Shown here: one piece after another, positions 29,201-37,390 of the stretch
Numbering within the stretch: the stretch's first letter is position 1
How the letters are laid out: each line of letters opens with the position of its first letter
Assembly: GCA_017454295.1 (NCBI GenBank)
Contig: JAFTDF010000004.1
Span: 52,904-116,903, forward strand
DNA: 64,000 nt
Reading direction: 5' to 3'
DNA from: Bacilli bacterium
Lineage (GTDB): Bacteria > Bacillota_I > Bacilli_A > RFN20 > CAG-826
Program-made: the position numbers and the translations under genes
Notes under the pieces: generated by a model
The model's input: the letters and a program-made list of their open reading frames with translations, nothing else
Database searches by the model: none
What the model was told of the DNA's origin: nothing

Positions 29201-32200
29201 GGTCGAAAGGGCTTCGGAGAGCGCTTGTGCATCTAAGGAGGCGATGTTATTGGGGTCGGCGCTGGAGCAAGAAGAGAGATAGAACATCACGTCGACGATG
29301 TCGTTGATGTCGTCAGGCCCATAGGCACCATAGTCATCTCCGGAGAGGGAGAGGGTGAAATAGAAGTCGGCGCATTGGATGTCTTTGCCGATGGATTCCC
29401 CATAATCGCCGCGCTCGATGGCGTCGGTAAGGTAATAGGGCAACGCGCGGCGGAAGATTTCCACATCGTTGAAATGGGTGAAGAGCCCATTCATTTCCAC
29501 CCGCTTGGCCAGTTTCGTGGTTAAATCATAGCCAAAATAGGATGCGATATCGGTGAAGGCATCGGTGGAAAGGTTCCCATCACCATCGATGAAATCCGTG
29601 GCTTGGATGAAATCGATGAGACCGCACAGGTGTTCGATTTCCCCATCGGCCCCTTCCCAGGAGGCGTCGGGTAGCGAGGTAATGATGGAATAGACGGATT
29701 CTTTGCTGGGATAGCCAAGGAGCAATCCGCCTTTGTCCACCGCTTCATCTAACGGGGTTCTCCAGGTCATATCGGCTCGGCTATTGTCGATCTTGTAGAT
29801 GCCGGAATTCATCGTGATCGAGCCTAGAATCTGCTGGAAGACGGTCGCGTCATGGGCGGCATGATAGGCGCTGGCACGGCTGCCAAGGGCCTCGTCATCG
29901 GGATGGAAGACTTTCGAACGGTGAGCCGAAAGCAGCATCGGACGGAGCAATTGGTCGGAAGACACGTCCTTGATCTTGATACCGGAAACATCGATCTTCC
30001 CGGCACTATCGACTAAGCCGTAATTCTCGTCATAGATGGTGTCGAGCGTATCCATCAAATGATCGATCTCGGTTTTCTTCCAAGCATAGGCGGCCTCCTT
30101 GTCGTAAGTGGCGGGGTCGCGATGCACGTCATAGAAGTAAGCCGGATAAGCCGCGTGGAAATCGATATCATCTCCGGCATCGACTTTGTTCAAAGCCTCG
30201 GTTAAGGCGTTGGCTACGAAGACGGTGGAGAAAGAATAAGAAGCACTGATATGGGATAAGGCGGACCGCATCGCCGGCAGGTTAGATGCTTCGATTTTGG
30301 AAAGCGCATCGAAACTACCGAGGGATTTCAAATCGACGAACACCGCATCTAAGGCATCGAATTCGCCGGTTTTGGTTCCGTTTTTCTGCCAAACGGAAGG
30401 ACGGTTCAATTGGAGGCAGGATTCATAGAAAGCGGAGCAACGTTCGAGGCTCGTGTCCCCCACCGGGGTTTCATCTTCGAAATAGTGGGCGTTGGCGCCG
30501 GCACTGGCGAGGATCTTCTCGGCGAAATATGCGGGGAAGGAATAATAACGGGTGGTGCCATCGCCGGTTTCCTCGGCAGGAATCACGAGACTCGGATCGG
30601 GCGATTCGATGGAACTGGCCAAAGGTTGGAACATCATCGAGCCGGACATTTGGTTCATGAGATCGATCAAAGCGGTCCCATCCTTAAACAAATCGAAATT
30701 GGAAAGATCCAATCCACGGGCGGCCAAATCGATCAAGGTTTGGAAGCGTTCGCCTTCGTCGGCCCAATCCTTCTCGCTGATGAGGTTCCGGAAAGTAATG
30801 CCCATCGGTTTCAGCACGAGCTTGTTGTCGTTATTGAGCAAGGGGTCGAGGACTTTGGAATCGAAGTAACCGGGCAAGACTTTCCGTAACACGACGGATT
30901 GCCCGATCGAAGCGAAGATCTCCTTCATATCGCAGCCCACCAAATGGGAAGCAATGTCGTTGGTGGAGGCCATGTCGGTGAGGCGGTCAAGAACGCCACT
31001 GGCCATCACGCGGGAAACCGCGCCGACCATGAAGGCGTTTTCATGGTAATCGCTCGGCTCACCATCATAGGAATCGACGATCGATACCGGTTTGGCATAG
31101 GTGGAGACCATCTCGATGCCATCGAGGTCGTCGAAGGCCAATTTGTTTTCGATCTTGATACTGTCGAAGAGGTAATTGAACACCTTGGTCATGTTGACGT
31201 TGGTGACCTGATCGATGACGGGGTTCAAGATCAAGGAATCGGCAAAGACATCCAACACCTTCAGGAATTCGGAGCCGTGAGCGTTCAATGCCTGAGCGAT
31301 GGAATCCAACGTGAAATTGCCAGGGCGAAGGAAGATGGGGAAGACGGAATGGCACTGCGCCCCGAGCGTTAGGAACTTGGCGAGTTCGCGGCCCAATACG
31401 GGCTTACCTTCCGCCTCTGGGGAAGTATCGATGGTCTCGATATTGAAGTTGGATAAGACGTCGGCTTGTTTTAAGAAGCGATCGGCCAAAACCGGCATCG
31501 CCGCGGAGAACATCGTCGAGCCATCGATGCGGCGGAAGCCATTGGCCAAAGCCTTAAATAGATTTGGATCATAGCCATGTAAGCCACCTTCGGGGTTCAT
31601 ATCGATGCCGACGTGGGTTTTGAAGTCATAGAAGAGGTTCTTTGCCGCCGTCACGATGACTTCGCCTTTGGCAAGCAAGGTTTCGTCGGTGGAACCGGCA
31701 TAGGGGTTTTCAAGCATATCACCCGCCACATCCAGCATGGCGCCAAATTCCCGTTTGTTATTGACGTAATTAGGCGTCCCGTCCGCGTTTTGTAAGGCGA
31801 TGGCCGCTTTACTCAAATCCACTTTTTCGGGGTGGTCTTTCAATAAGGAATCGTTTAATAAAGCCGACACGATTTCCATCCCGACGGGGAAAGCGACGTT
31901 GACCAATCCAGAATCCAGCAAACAGCCGCCGGCGGAAAGGCCTTTGTCGTTAACGATGGGTTCATCATTCACATCGCGTTCGCCCACGAGAAGACGAATC
32001 AATTCACGGTGGTCTTTTGCAAACGCGGCGAGAGCACTGTTAAGCAAGTCGGTGTCCGTTAGCGGTGCGGAACTATCGGCTTGGTGGATGCGACCCACGA
32101 GCGATTTGGTCAAACCGGCATCGAGCCGATTAAGCCCGTGGAAGGTTTTCACCACGGCGTAGGCATCTTGCAAATAAGGGTAAGAAGCAATGGCCTTGGT

Positions 32201-33556
32201 ATCGGACTTGCCTTCCGGGAGCAAGGTTTTAAGATCCGCATCGGCACTGCGATCATAGACATAGCCGCGTAACACCGATTCGACGAGGCGGGAAGAAGAA
32301 GGAGAAGCCATCGCTTCCTCTAAGGAACGTAAGGAGGCGTCGGAGGTTAAGGCATCATAGAGATTGCCGATCTCCGGATAGGCACGCAAGGAGCGAGAGG
32401 GATCGACTTCGGTGGGAATAAAACCGGAGGAGGTCAAATCGCGGTAGAGATGATAGCAACGGTTCAAATAAGATTTTTCGTTGCCTCTCGCAAAGCTTAG
32501 GGCGGTATCGCTAGTCGCGGAAGATAGGGCAACGGTGTCGCGAGAAAGCGAGGTGGCAAGGGCGCTGACATCGGCTAAGACATCAAGACCATCGTCGCCG
32601 GAAAGGGTCAGCATTTGCACCAAGCTTTGGCCCACGATTTGAATCGGCAATAGCGCCAAAGAGTCCGTCTCGTTCTTGGTGACGGAATTGCCCATTAAGG
32701 CGAAGAAGCCGCCCCCGACGCTAGCAAGGGAGCGCACCTCGGTGACGATGTTGGCGGACATATTCTCGTATTGGGCTTGGGAAAGGAATTCCGTCAATTG
32801 GGTATCCAGTGTGTCTTTGCCACTGCCTTTGGTCCAAGAGAAGAATGCCTTGTTGAGAATCGAGTTGTCATAGGTCTCCATGACCTTTTGATACATTTGG
32901 ACGGTTTCGTTTTTGTCGTTGAGTTTGGTGTAATCCACATGGGAATGGACGGCGTTGACCATGCCGCTGAGCGGGGCGATGGTTAAGACCAGGCACATCG
33001 CGCCGACGAGTAACCCTTCGATCCCGGAAATAATCAAAAGGCGCCGTTTGCGGGCGGGCTTGGGGATAAAGTGCTTGAAGAGAATATGCCACAGCAAGAA
33101 GGAGAGAAGGCTGCCCACGGTGGCAACAGTGATCCCAATCAAGATAATCGTGACGTAACGAAGGATGGAGGCAGAGATCGCGGTGGAATAGTTGAGCAAA
33201 GCATCGATCGAGGATTGGACTTTGAAGGCATCTTTAAGGATCTTGAAGACCCCTTCTTTCACCATGTCAAACAGGGGGCCGGGGCTCACTTCGATGACCG
33301 TTTCCCGAATCATGAAACGCAAAGGCTGATGGAGCCAAGTGGCTAAATTGATTTGACCAACGGTGTTGGCAATCATCCCCGAGCAGGCAAGTAAAGCCAC
33401 GGTCATGATGGAGAGGAAGAGGAAACGATAGGTCCCGTGTTTCCAGCCATAAAGCAAGCCGACGAGGAAATAGACTAGCAGCAATCCGAGCACCGACCAA
33501 AACACGATCATGAACACGAGGTCGAGCGTTTTGATAAAGGAATCGATATCTATCAT
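26219..33556 (-). CDS. giant (2,445 aa) acidic membrane-anchored protein of unknown function
   Basis: One uninterrupted ORF. About four N-terminal TM helices have a tentatively CvpA-like topology, and the basic loop KPARKRR implies the C-terminal ~2,250 aa face outward. The body is Asp/aromatic-rich, Lys/Arg-poor and shows no obvious repeats. Confidence 0.8.
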   Translation of the reverse strand: MIDIDSFIKTLDLVFMIVFWSVLGLLLVYFLVGLLYGWKHGTYRFLFLSIMTVALLACSGMIANTVGQINLATWLHQPLRFMIRETVIEVSPGPLFDMVKEGVFKILKDAFKVQSSIDALLNYSTAISASILRYVTIILIGITVATVGSLLSFLLWHILFKHFIPKPARKRRLLIISGIEGLLVGAMCLVLTIAPLSGMVNAVHSHVDYTKLNDKNETVQMYQKVMETYDNSILNKAFFSWTKGSGKDTLDTQLTEFLSQAQYENMSANIVTEVRSLASVGGGFFALMGNSVTKNETDSLALLPIQIVGQSLVQMLTLSGDDGLDVLADVSALATSLSRDTVALSSATSDTALSFARGNEKSYLNRCYHLYRDLTSSGFIPTEVDPSRSLRAYPEIGNLYDALTSDASLRSLEEAMASPSSSRLVESVLRGYVYDRSADADLKTLLPEGKSDTKAIASYPYLQDAYAVVKTFHGLNRLDAGLTKSLVGRIHQADSSAPLTDTDLLNSALAAFAKDHRELIRLLVGERDVNDEPIVNDKGLSAGGCLLDSGLVNVAFPVGMEIVSALLNDSLLKDHPEKVDLSKAAIALQNADGTPNYVNNKREFGAMLDVAGDMLENPYAGSTDETLLAKGEVIVTAAKNLFYDFKTHVGIDMNPEGGLHGYDPNLFKALANGFRRIDGSTMFSAAMPVLADRFLKQADVLSNFNIETIDTSPEAEGKPVLGRELAKFLTLGAQCHSVFPIFLRPGNFTLDSIAQALNAHGSEFLKVLDVFADSLILNPVIDQVTNVNMTKVFNYLFDSIKIENKLAFDDLDGIEMVSTYAKPVSIVDSYDGEPSDYHENAFMVGAVSRVMASGVLDRLTDMASTNDIASHLVGCDMKEIFASIGQSVVLRKVLPGYFDSKVLDPLLNNDNKLVLKPMGITFRNLISEKDWADEGERFQTLIDLAARGLDLSNFDLFKDGTALIDLMNQMSGSMMFQPLASSIESPDPSLVIPAEETGDGTTRYYSFPAYFAEKILASAGANAHYFEDETPVGDTSLERCSAFYESCLQLNRPSVWQKNGTKTGEFDALDAVFVDLKSLGSFDALSKIEASNLPAMRSALSHISASYSFSTVFVANALTEALNKVDAGDDIDFHAAYPAYFYDVHRDPATYDKEAAYAWKKTEIDHLMDTLDTIYDENYGLVDSAGKIDVSGIKIKDVSSDQLLRPMLLSAHRSKVFHPDDEALGSRASAYHAAHDATVFQQILGSITMNSGIYKIDNSRADMTWRTPLDEAVDKGGLLLGYPSKESVYSIITSLPDASWEGADGEIEHLCGLIDFIQATDFIDGDGNLSTDAFTDIASYFGYDLTTKLAKRVEMNGLFTHFNDVEIFRRALPYYLTDAIERGDYGESIGKDIQCADFYFTLSLSGDDYGAYGPDDINDIVDVMFYLSSCSSADPNNIASLDAQALSEALSTMYESGPFDSNKSKADAVFDIDPADPKYPDYEAKKGHTCFENLLADLIATDALSEYYFYADSPKDQAHAADGDYDLAMGKALYYIGQVRTLQPDEMDDHIREFCDFIEILGSPTLSPYVSGGSSTDFASMDGTVLSLILHGLNDAYFLRDVVPNALHSNLWKGTYDILGVDLSLTNVFFSYEWVDENGDLKAIHSLDYEVPFYEPEIDQVCYVVDALKNNKSNMSEFDVSFVDPMIVRTMLFDLYNSYIFHEAGPNKAADGHYSETWEYYRAEDGYGFAKESESATTGTLFRQNDLTIFEQFIQKIYIDSGLAQQNLELTQSAEDLELYLEAREGTRGIVKHLPDLSSADYDDYLKAAGLFKIHDAIAAFEEGTLEDVSGAMLTTDWGDEISALTTDGHRHHPGVDRPGEANDANVGLVETVQRLGFKTADVELGDVQLNKYQPFELYALFQALNGCQVGNAIMPNTLARFVSGKSDSGIGLGFHVYSDDVMDLPDGLTLSFDVSGDGFGMPDKLTFDYAGTASSIHLYYGLIDVTELVSMSHTGTTYTLNLAKLPGGFEVQGDGTNSFTNASVEFDCANYRQDQATYREKAIASVYYFFTSTFRGNVDPSSVKYYYSFDEGSSELANFLKDDKCTTGFQHSTFGLFSMIADSGLFETKLHADAFTAKDFVLYNLFHVTAEVPVGGVPVPVSLGMGDEFGTFGSTDRYDAATGIYAVTSAESDMKEFCFREAAYFDQFIDDIGFLDAMANKSYYENATSSTPTPAVARASESYLLSDPTSEAYEHLYDALDSSKFTAKTVTLYGTKEGAGNPNFITQSDAYEEPGAFAQGILYGIAKKLSYSYNAFARLDSHPGLFVGAPASGDRSVYFSSDAVATLADGECGLTSVASAFDRSDDKLDVMQSLKKAYKSLEAYHGGDDASLASAISDFAKGNDSASVLLQQFYLGDLYDCLASALDGNFDSSNVYYDYRGTGNLLGGVNKAFSYSEVASIVYP

Positions 33557-33563
33557 GCCCTTA

Positions 33564-33592
33564 ATTATGCGTTAGGCGCGGATAAATCGCAA
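33564..33592 (-). promoter_or_regulatory. promoter TTGCGA-N17-CATAAT, 7 nt upstream of the giant-gene ATG; leaderless candidate
   Basis: The minus strand reads TTGCGA-tttatccgcgcctaacg-CATAAT-TAAGGGC-ATG(33556). Confidence 0.5.
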
Positions 33593-33646
33593 CGCGCATT
33601 CGGATGCGCAATTGCAAGCATTCTCGCTAACGAAGCCCCTTACCCG

Positions 33647-33655
33647 TGGTATACT
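33647..33655 (+). promoter_or_regulatory. extended -10 (TGGTATACT) 6 nt upstream of the ATG; leaderless candidate
   Basis: The sequence reads TGGTATACT-TTCGCC-ATG(33662). Confidence 0.55.
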
Positions 33656-33661
33656 TTCGCC

Positions 33662-34543
33662 ATGCCAAATCGTTTTACCCGCATTCATTGCCCCCATTGC
33701 CAACAACCCATGGATCCCGTTTCCCCGACCTGTCCCCATTGTCAGGGCGAGAATCCCGATCCGAAAATGAAGACGGCTTATCTCCATCAGTTGATCGTTC
33801 CGACGTGGAAGCAAATCGTGCTTTTCATCATCGGCCTGATCGGTCTGAATGTCGTCGCCACGATCGTCCAATTCGGCATGGAGGTGACCTATACCGCCAC
33901 CCACCCCGGTGCCACTGTTCAAGATATCGCGAATTATCTGACGGAACCCACCAACCTTTTCATCCCCAACGCCATCGCCTATGTCAGCGTCGGCATCGCC
34001 CTTGGTTTGCTGCTATGGAAAGCTTGGCCCGCGATCTTCAAACCTTTGAAACGGTGGCAGCCCTATGTTGCCGCTTTGGTGGCCTTTGTCGCCGTCATCG
34101 TGGCCGAGATCGTCTATTCCCAGTTCTCGGGTGCCGTGCTCAAAGCGATGGGCATCGTCCCGCAAAGCAATACCAACCAGCAAGGAATCGTGGCCATGGT
34201 CAAGGCCGTTCCGGCGTTCTCCTTCATTGTCTTTGGCTTGATTGGCCCCTTCTGCGAAGAGGTGACTTACCGCGTCGGCTTGTTCGGATTCCTGGGCCGC
34301 TTCAACAAGGTCGTGGCTTATCTGGGCACCGCGTTGATCTTTGGGTTGATCCACTTCGGCTGGAGCGCCATTTGGAGCCCGGCCTATCCTGGCCATTTCA
34401 TCGTCGAGCTGATCAACCTCCCGCCCTATATCGGCGCTGGAGCCGTCTTCTGCTTCATCTATGACCGCTGGGGATTCGGCGCCGCCTTCTTGGCTCACGC
34501 CACCAACAACGTGTTCTCCGTGATCACATCCATGATTAGTTAA
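33662..34543 (+). CDS. CPBP (CAAX/Abi) intramembrane metalloprotease with N-terminal zinc ribbon
   Basis: Zinc ribbon CPHCQQ..N10..CPHCQG. CPBP motifs are EEVTYRVGLFG, FGLIHFGW and HATNNV. Confidence 0.8.
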   Translation: MPNRFTRIHCPHCQQPMDPVSPTCPHCQGENPDPKMKTAYLHQLIVPTWKQIVLFIIGLIGLNVVATIVQFGMEVTYTATHPGATVQDIANYLTEPTNLFIPNAIAYVSVGIALGLLLWKAWPAIFKPLKRWQPYVAALVAFVAVIVAEIVYSQFSGAVLKAMGIVPQSNTNQQGIVAMVKAVPAFSFIVFGLIGPFCEEVTYRVGLFGFLGRFNKVVAYLGTALIFGLIHFGWSAIWSPAYPGHFIVELINLPPYIGAGAVFCFIYDRWGFGAAFLAHATNNVFSVITSMIS

Positions 34544-34545
34544 GC

Positions 34546-35454
34546 ATGTCCGACCGGAAAAACCCGCAAATCCTCTCTGGTTTTGGCCTTCGCATCTTCG
34601 CGATGGTTTTCATGGTCATCGACCACATCGGCGTTTTGATGCTCAATTATCAAGCCGATATCGGAGAGGGTGCCAATACCGCAATCACGGTGTTACGGGC
34701 GATTGGCCGTCTCGCCTTTCCTTTGTTCGTCTTCCTGATGGCGGAAGGGTTCCATTACACCCGAAATGGGTGGCGTTACCTTGGCCGTATCGGGATCGTC
34801 TATGCCCTCATCATCAGCGCCATGACCATCTATATCTTCGGCATTGCCAAAGACCCCAACTTGGCCCATGGCAATTTCCCTGGGCCCAATCCGTTTACGG
34901 ACTTAATCCTCATCGGGGGCACCTTGTTTGCCCTGAACTCAAAAGGCTGGAAGAAACTATGGGCTTTGCTTCCCGCGGGCATCGTCGTCACCGCCCATGT
35001 GGTCAACGTTTTAGAAGCGGCCACTTCCTACACCTATATGTGGTTCCCCAACTACCTCCGTCCGGATTATGGCTTATTCGGACTTTGCCTTGCCTTAGGG
35101 TTCTATCTGGCACGCTTATTTGGCACGATGGTTTCCAAGAAGTCCGCCGCGGCGCTACAAATCAACGAAGAGGATTACCTCGCTTCCCCCAGCCATCAAC
35201 GGAACATGAACGTCCTCTCGGTTTTCTTCTTAATCACCGCCACCTTGGTTTTCTGGGGGATCAGCTACACCACTTACGACCCCCATAACATGCCGTTTGA
35301 AAGCTATTGCATCCTCGCCATTCCCTTCCTTTATCTTTATTCGGGGAAGCGTGGGTATAACGCAAAGTGGTTCCATGTGTTCTCTTATGCGTTTTTCCCG
35401 GTGCATTTGATTATCCTGTTTTTGATTTTCTTTGTATCATTTGGTCATATCTAG
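34546..35454 (+). CDS. TraX-family membrane protein
   Basis: Contains the signature LRIFAMVFMVIDHIG, is polytopic, and starts 2 nt after the upstream stop. Confidence 0.75.
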   Translation: MSDRKNPQILSGFGLRIFAMVFMVIDHIGVLMLNYQADIGEGANTAITVLRAIGRLAFPLFVFLMAEGFHYTRNGWRYLGRIGIVYALIISAMTIYIFGIAKDPNLAHGNFPGPNPFTDLILIGGTLFALNSKGWKKLWALLPAGIVVTAHVVNVLEAATSYTYMWFPNYLRPDYGLFGLCLALGFYLARLFGTMVSKKSAAALQINEEDYLASPSHQRNMNVLSVFFLITATLVFWGISYTTYDPHNMPFESYCILAIPFLYLYSGKRGYNAKWFHVFSYAFFPVHLIILFLIFFVSFGHI

Positions 35455-35465
35455 GAGGTAACCCT

Positions 35466-35768
35466 ATGCCAAAACAAATCGCCACCGCCGAAGAATTCGA
35501 CGCCGAAATCAAATCCGGTAAAGTCCTCGTGGACCTCTTTGCCACTTGGTGCGGCCCCTGCAAGATGCTTTCCCCCGTCATCGACCAAGTCGAAGCGGAA
35601 CATCCCGAAGTCAAATTCATCAAAGTGGACGTCGACGAAGTCCCGGCCATCGCCGCCCGTTATAACGTCTACTCCATCCCGACCATCCTCGTCTTCAACG
35701 ATGGGGAAAAGGTCAATGAGCAAATCGGCTTCGTTCCGAAACCGGGCATCGAAAAACTCATCGCCTAA
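35466..35768 (+). CDS. trxA: thioredoxin
   Basis: Active site WCGPCK, 100 aa, with an AGGAGG SD 7 nt upstream. Confidence 0.93.
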   Translation: MPKQIATAEEFDAEIKSGKVLVDLFATWCGPCKMLSPVIDQVEAEHPEVKFIKVDVDEVPAIAARYNVYSIPTILVFNDGEKVNEQIGFVPKPGIEKLIA

Positions 35769-35771
35769 GGA

Positions 35772-35794
35772 AGGGCCCAATAGGGCTCTTTTTC
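35772..35794 (+). terminator. intrinsic terminator after trxA
   Basis: Stem AGGGCCC/GGGCTCT (one G-U pair), loop AATA, followed by TTTTT. Confidence 0.5.
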
Positions 35795-35817
35795 TTATTC
35801 CCAAGAGAAAAACACTG

Positions 35818-35826
35818 TGCTAATAT
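35818..35826 (+). promoter_or_regulatory. extended -10 (TGCTAATAT) for the tRNA pair
   Basis: It ends 11 nt upstream of the first tRNA base. Confidence 0.55.
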
Positions 35827-35837
35827 AGAGCCCGCTC

Positions 35838-35914
35838 GGACCATTGGTGTAGCGGCCTAACATGCTTCCCTGTCACGGAAGAGATCACGAGTTCGAATCT
35901 CGTATGGTCCGCCA
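35838..35914 (+). tRNA. tRNA-Asp (anticodon GTC), CCA encoded
   Basis: Manual fold gives acceptor GGACCAT/ATGGTCC, anticodon stem CTTCC/GGAAG with loop CTGTCAC, and T arm ACGAG-TTCGAAT-CTCGT. Confidence 0.9.
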
Positions 35915-35916
35915 GC

Positions 35917-35990
35917 GCAGGTGTAGTTCAGTGGTAGAACACCAGCCTTCCAAGCTGGTTATGCGGGTCCGATTCCCGTCACCTGCTCCA
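35917..35990 (+). tRNA. tRNA-Gly (anticodon TCC), CCA encoded
   Basis: Manual fold gives acceptor GCAGGTG/CACCTGC, D arm GTTC-AGTGGTA-GAAC, anticodon stem CCAGC/GCTGG with loop CTTCCAA, and T arm GCGGG-TCCGATT-CCCGT. It starts 2 nt after tRNA-Asp. Confidence 0.88.
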
Positions 35991-36000
35991 GAGCGAATTG

Positions 36001-36021
36001 CCTTGCGTCGCAAGGTTTTTT
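36001..36021 (+). terminator. intrinsic terminator after the tRNA pair
   Basis: Stem CCTTGC/GCAAGG with a 3-nt loop, followed by TTTTTT. Confidence 0.6.
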
Positions 36022-36045
36022 CTTTATAAGAAAGGGGAACTCCCC

Positions 36046-36051
36046 TACAAT
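36046..36051 (+). promoter_or_regulatory. -10 box (TACAAT) 7 nt upstream of the rdgB ATG; leaderless candidate
   Basis: The sequence reads CCTACAAT-TGCTTCC-ATG(36059). Confidence 0.45.
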
Positions 36052-36058
36052 TGCTTCC

Positions 36059-36646
36059 ATGAAACGCGAACTCTTCTTGGCCACCAACAACCAACATAAA
36101 CTCGAGGAATATCGGGAAATGCTCTTCCCTTTAGGGTATTTGGTCTATTCCCCCAAAGACCTCAATATCGACCTCGATCCCGAAGAAAGCGGCACCACTT
36201 ATCGCGAAAACGCCTATTTAAAAGCCAAGGCCTTTGCCAAAGTCTCCCCCTTTCCCGTCATCGCCGATGATTCGGGAGTGGAGGTCATCGCCCTCAATCA
36301 TGAGCCGGGACTTCATTCCGCCCGTTATGCCGAATCGCTAGGCGGTTATCCCCAAGCGATGGCCGATATCATCCGCCGCTTGGAGCATAAGCAGGACCGC
36401 TCCGCCGACTTCGTTTGCTGCATCTGCTATTTAGAATCCGAAAACGCCAAACCTTTGTATTTCGAAGGGGTATGCCACGGTTCCATCTTGCCTGCTCCGG
36501 TAGGCGAAAACGGATTCGGTTATGATCCTTTCTTCCATTGCAACGATGCCGACGCCGATTTCGGCACCGCTTCAAAGGCCATCAAAAACCAATATAGCCA
36601 CCGCGCGTTAGCGTTAAGGAAGTTCAAACTATTCCTGGTGATTTAA
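36059..36646 (+). CDS. rdgB: non-canonical purine NTP pyrophosphatase (RdgB/HAM1)
   Basis: Contains the motifs LATNNQHKLEEY, ADDSG, FGYDPFF and SHRA. Confidence 0.9.
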   Translation: MKRELFLATNNQHKLEEYREMLFPLGYLVYSPKDLNIDLDPEESGTTYRENAYLKAKAFAKVSPFPVIADDSGVEVIALNHEPGLHSARYAESLGGYPQAMADIIRRLEHKQDRSADFVCCICYLESENAKPLYFEGVCHGSILPAPVGENGFGYDPFFHCNDADADFGTASKAIKNQYSHRALALRKFKLFLVI

Positions 36647-37326
36647 GCCACCAGCAAAGTAAACGTCAGGCCAAGTGCAATCAGGCTTTGCGCCAATAGA
36701 TACGTCAGCATGATGAAGAAGTCCCGCCGTTTTCGGTTGGAAACGAAGGACGTGTAGGCCAAATAAATATCCGAAATGATAAAGCAGATGGCGCCTAGAA
36801 CCGCAAGGAAGCAATAATCGAAGTGACCTCTGGCACAACAGATGATGGCCCAGATCAAATCTAAGCTAAGGATGGCAAAGTAAACATCTCCGCCAAAGGC
36901 GAGCCCTTTCATGCGCGCCACCTTGTTGATGGGACGGAACATAAAGACGACGAAGAGCAGCACATATAAACCCATCACCAAGAAATAGGCGTAGTGATCG
37001 GGCTGGGCGATGAGGATCATCTGAATGATATAAAGGATGTGGCCCACCAAGAAGGACACCATCCCGCCCACAAAGGGCCACACCTTATGTTTCTTTAATA
37101 AGAAGGTATCTCCGAGCAACCCGAAGAATAAGCCAAGGTATACCAGCGGATACTGGGGAATCGTAAAGGCAACTGCCAAAGTCAAAAAGAGCACGCAGAA
37201 TGGTTTGGTTATTTTCCGAGCCAGTTCCTTTTCCAAATAGCAAAACACCAAATGGGTAAGGGAAGCGGCCACGAAAAGACCAAAGAAGACATAGCTGACA
37301 ACGGGAATTGCCTGGAAATCAAGCAT
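36643..37326 (-). CDS. YhhN-family membrane protein (lysoplasmalogenase-like)
   Basis: 227 aa with about 8 TM helices and YhhN-like LLGD/ISD segments. It is the last gene of the ABC operon. Confidence 0.65.
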   Translation of the reverse strand: MLDFQAIPVVSYVFFGLFVAASLTHLVFCYLEKELARKITKPFCVLFLTLAVAFTIPQYPLVYLGLFFGLLGDTFLLKKHKVWPFVGGMVSFLVGHILYIIQMILIAQPDHYAYFLVMGLYVLLFVVFMFRPINKVARMKGLAFGGDVYFAILSLDLIWAIICCARGHFDYCFLAVLGAICFIISDIYLAYTSFVSNRKRRDFFIMLTYLLAQSLIALGLTFTLLVA

Positions 37327-37390
37327 GGTGGAAACCTCTTTCTCCCATTATCGTCTTTTTTCGGGGAAAGGGAAAACGTTTCTAAGTTCC

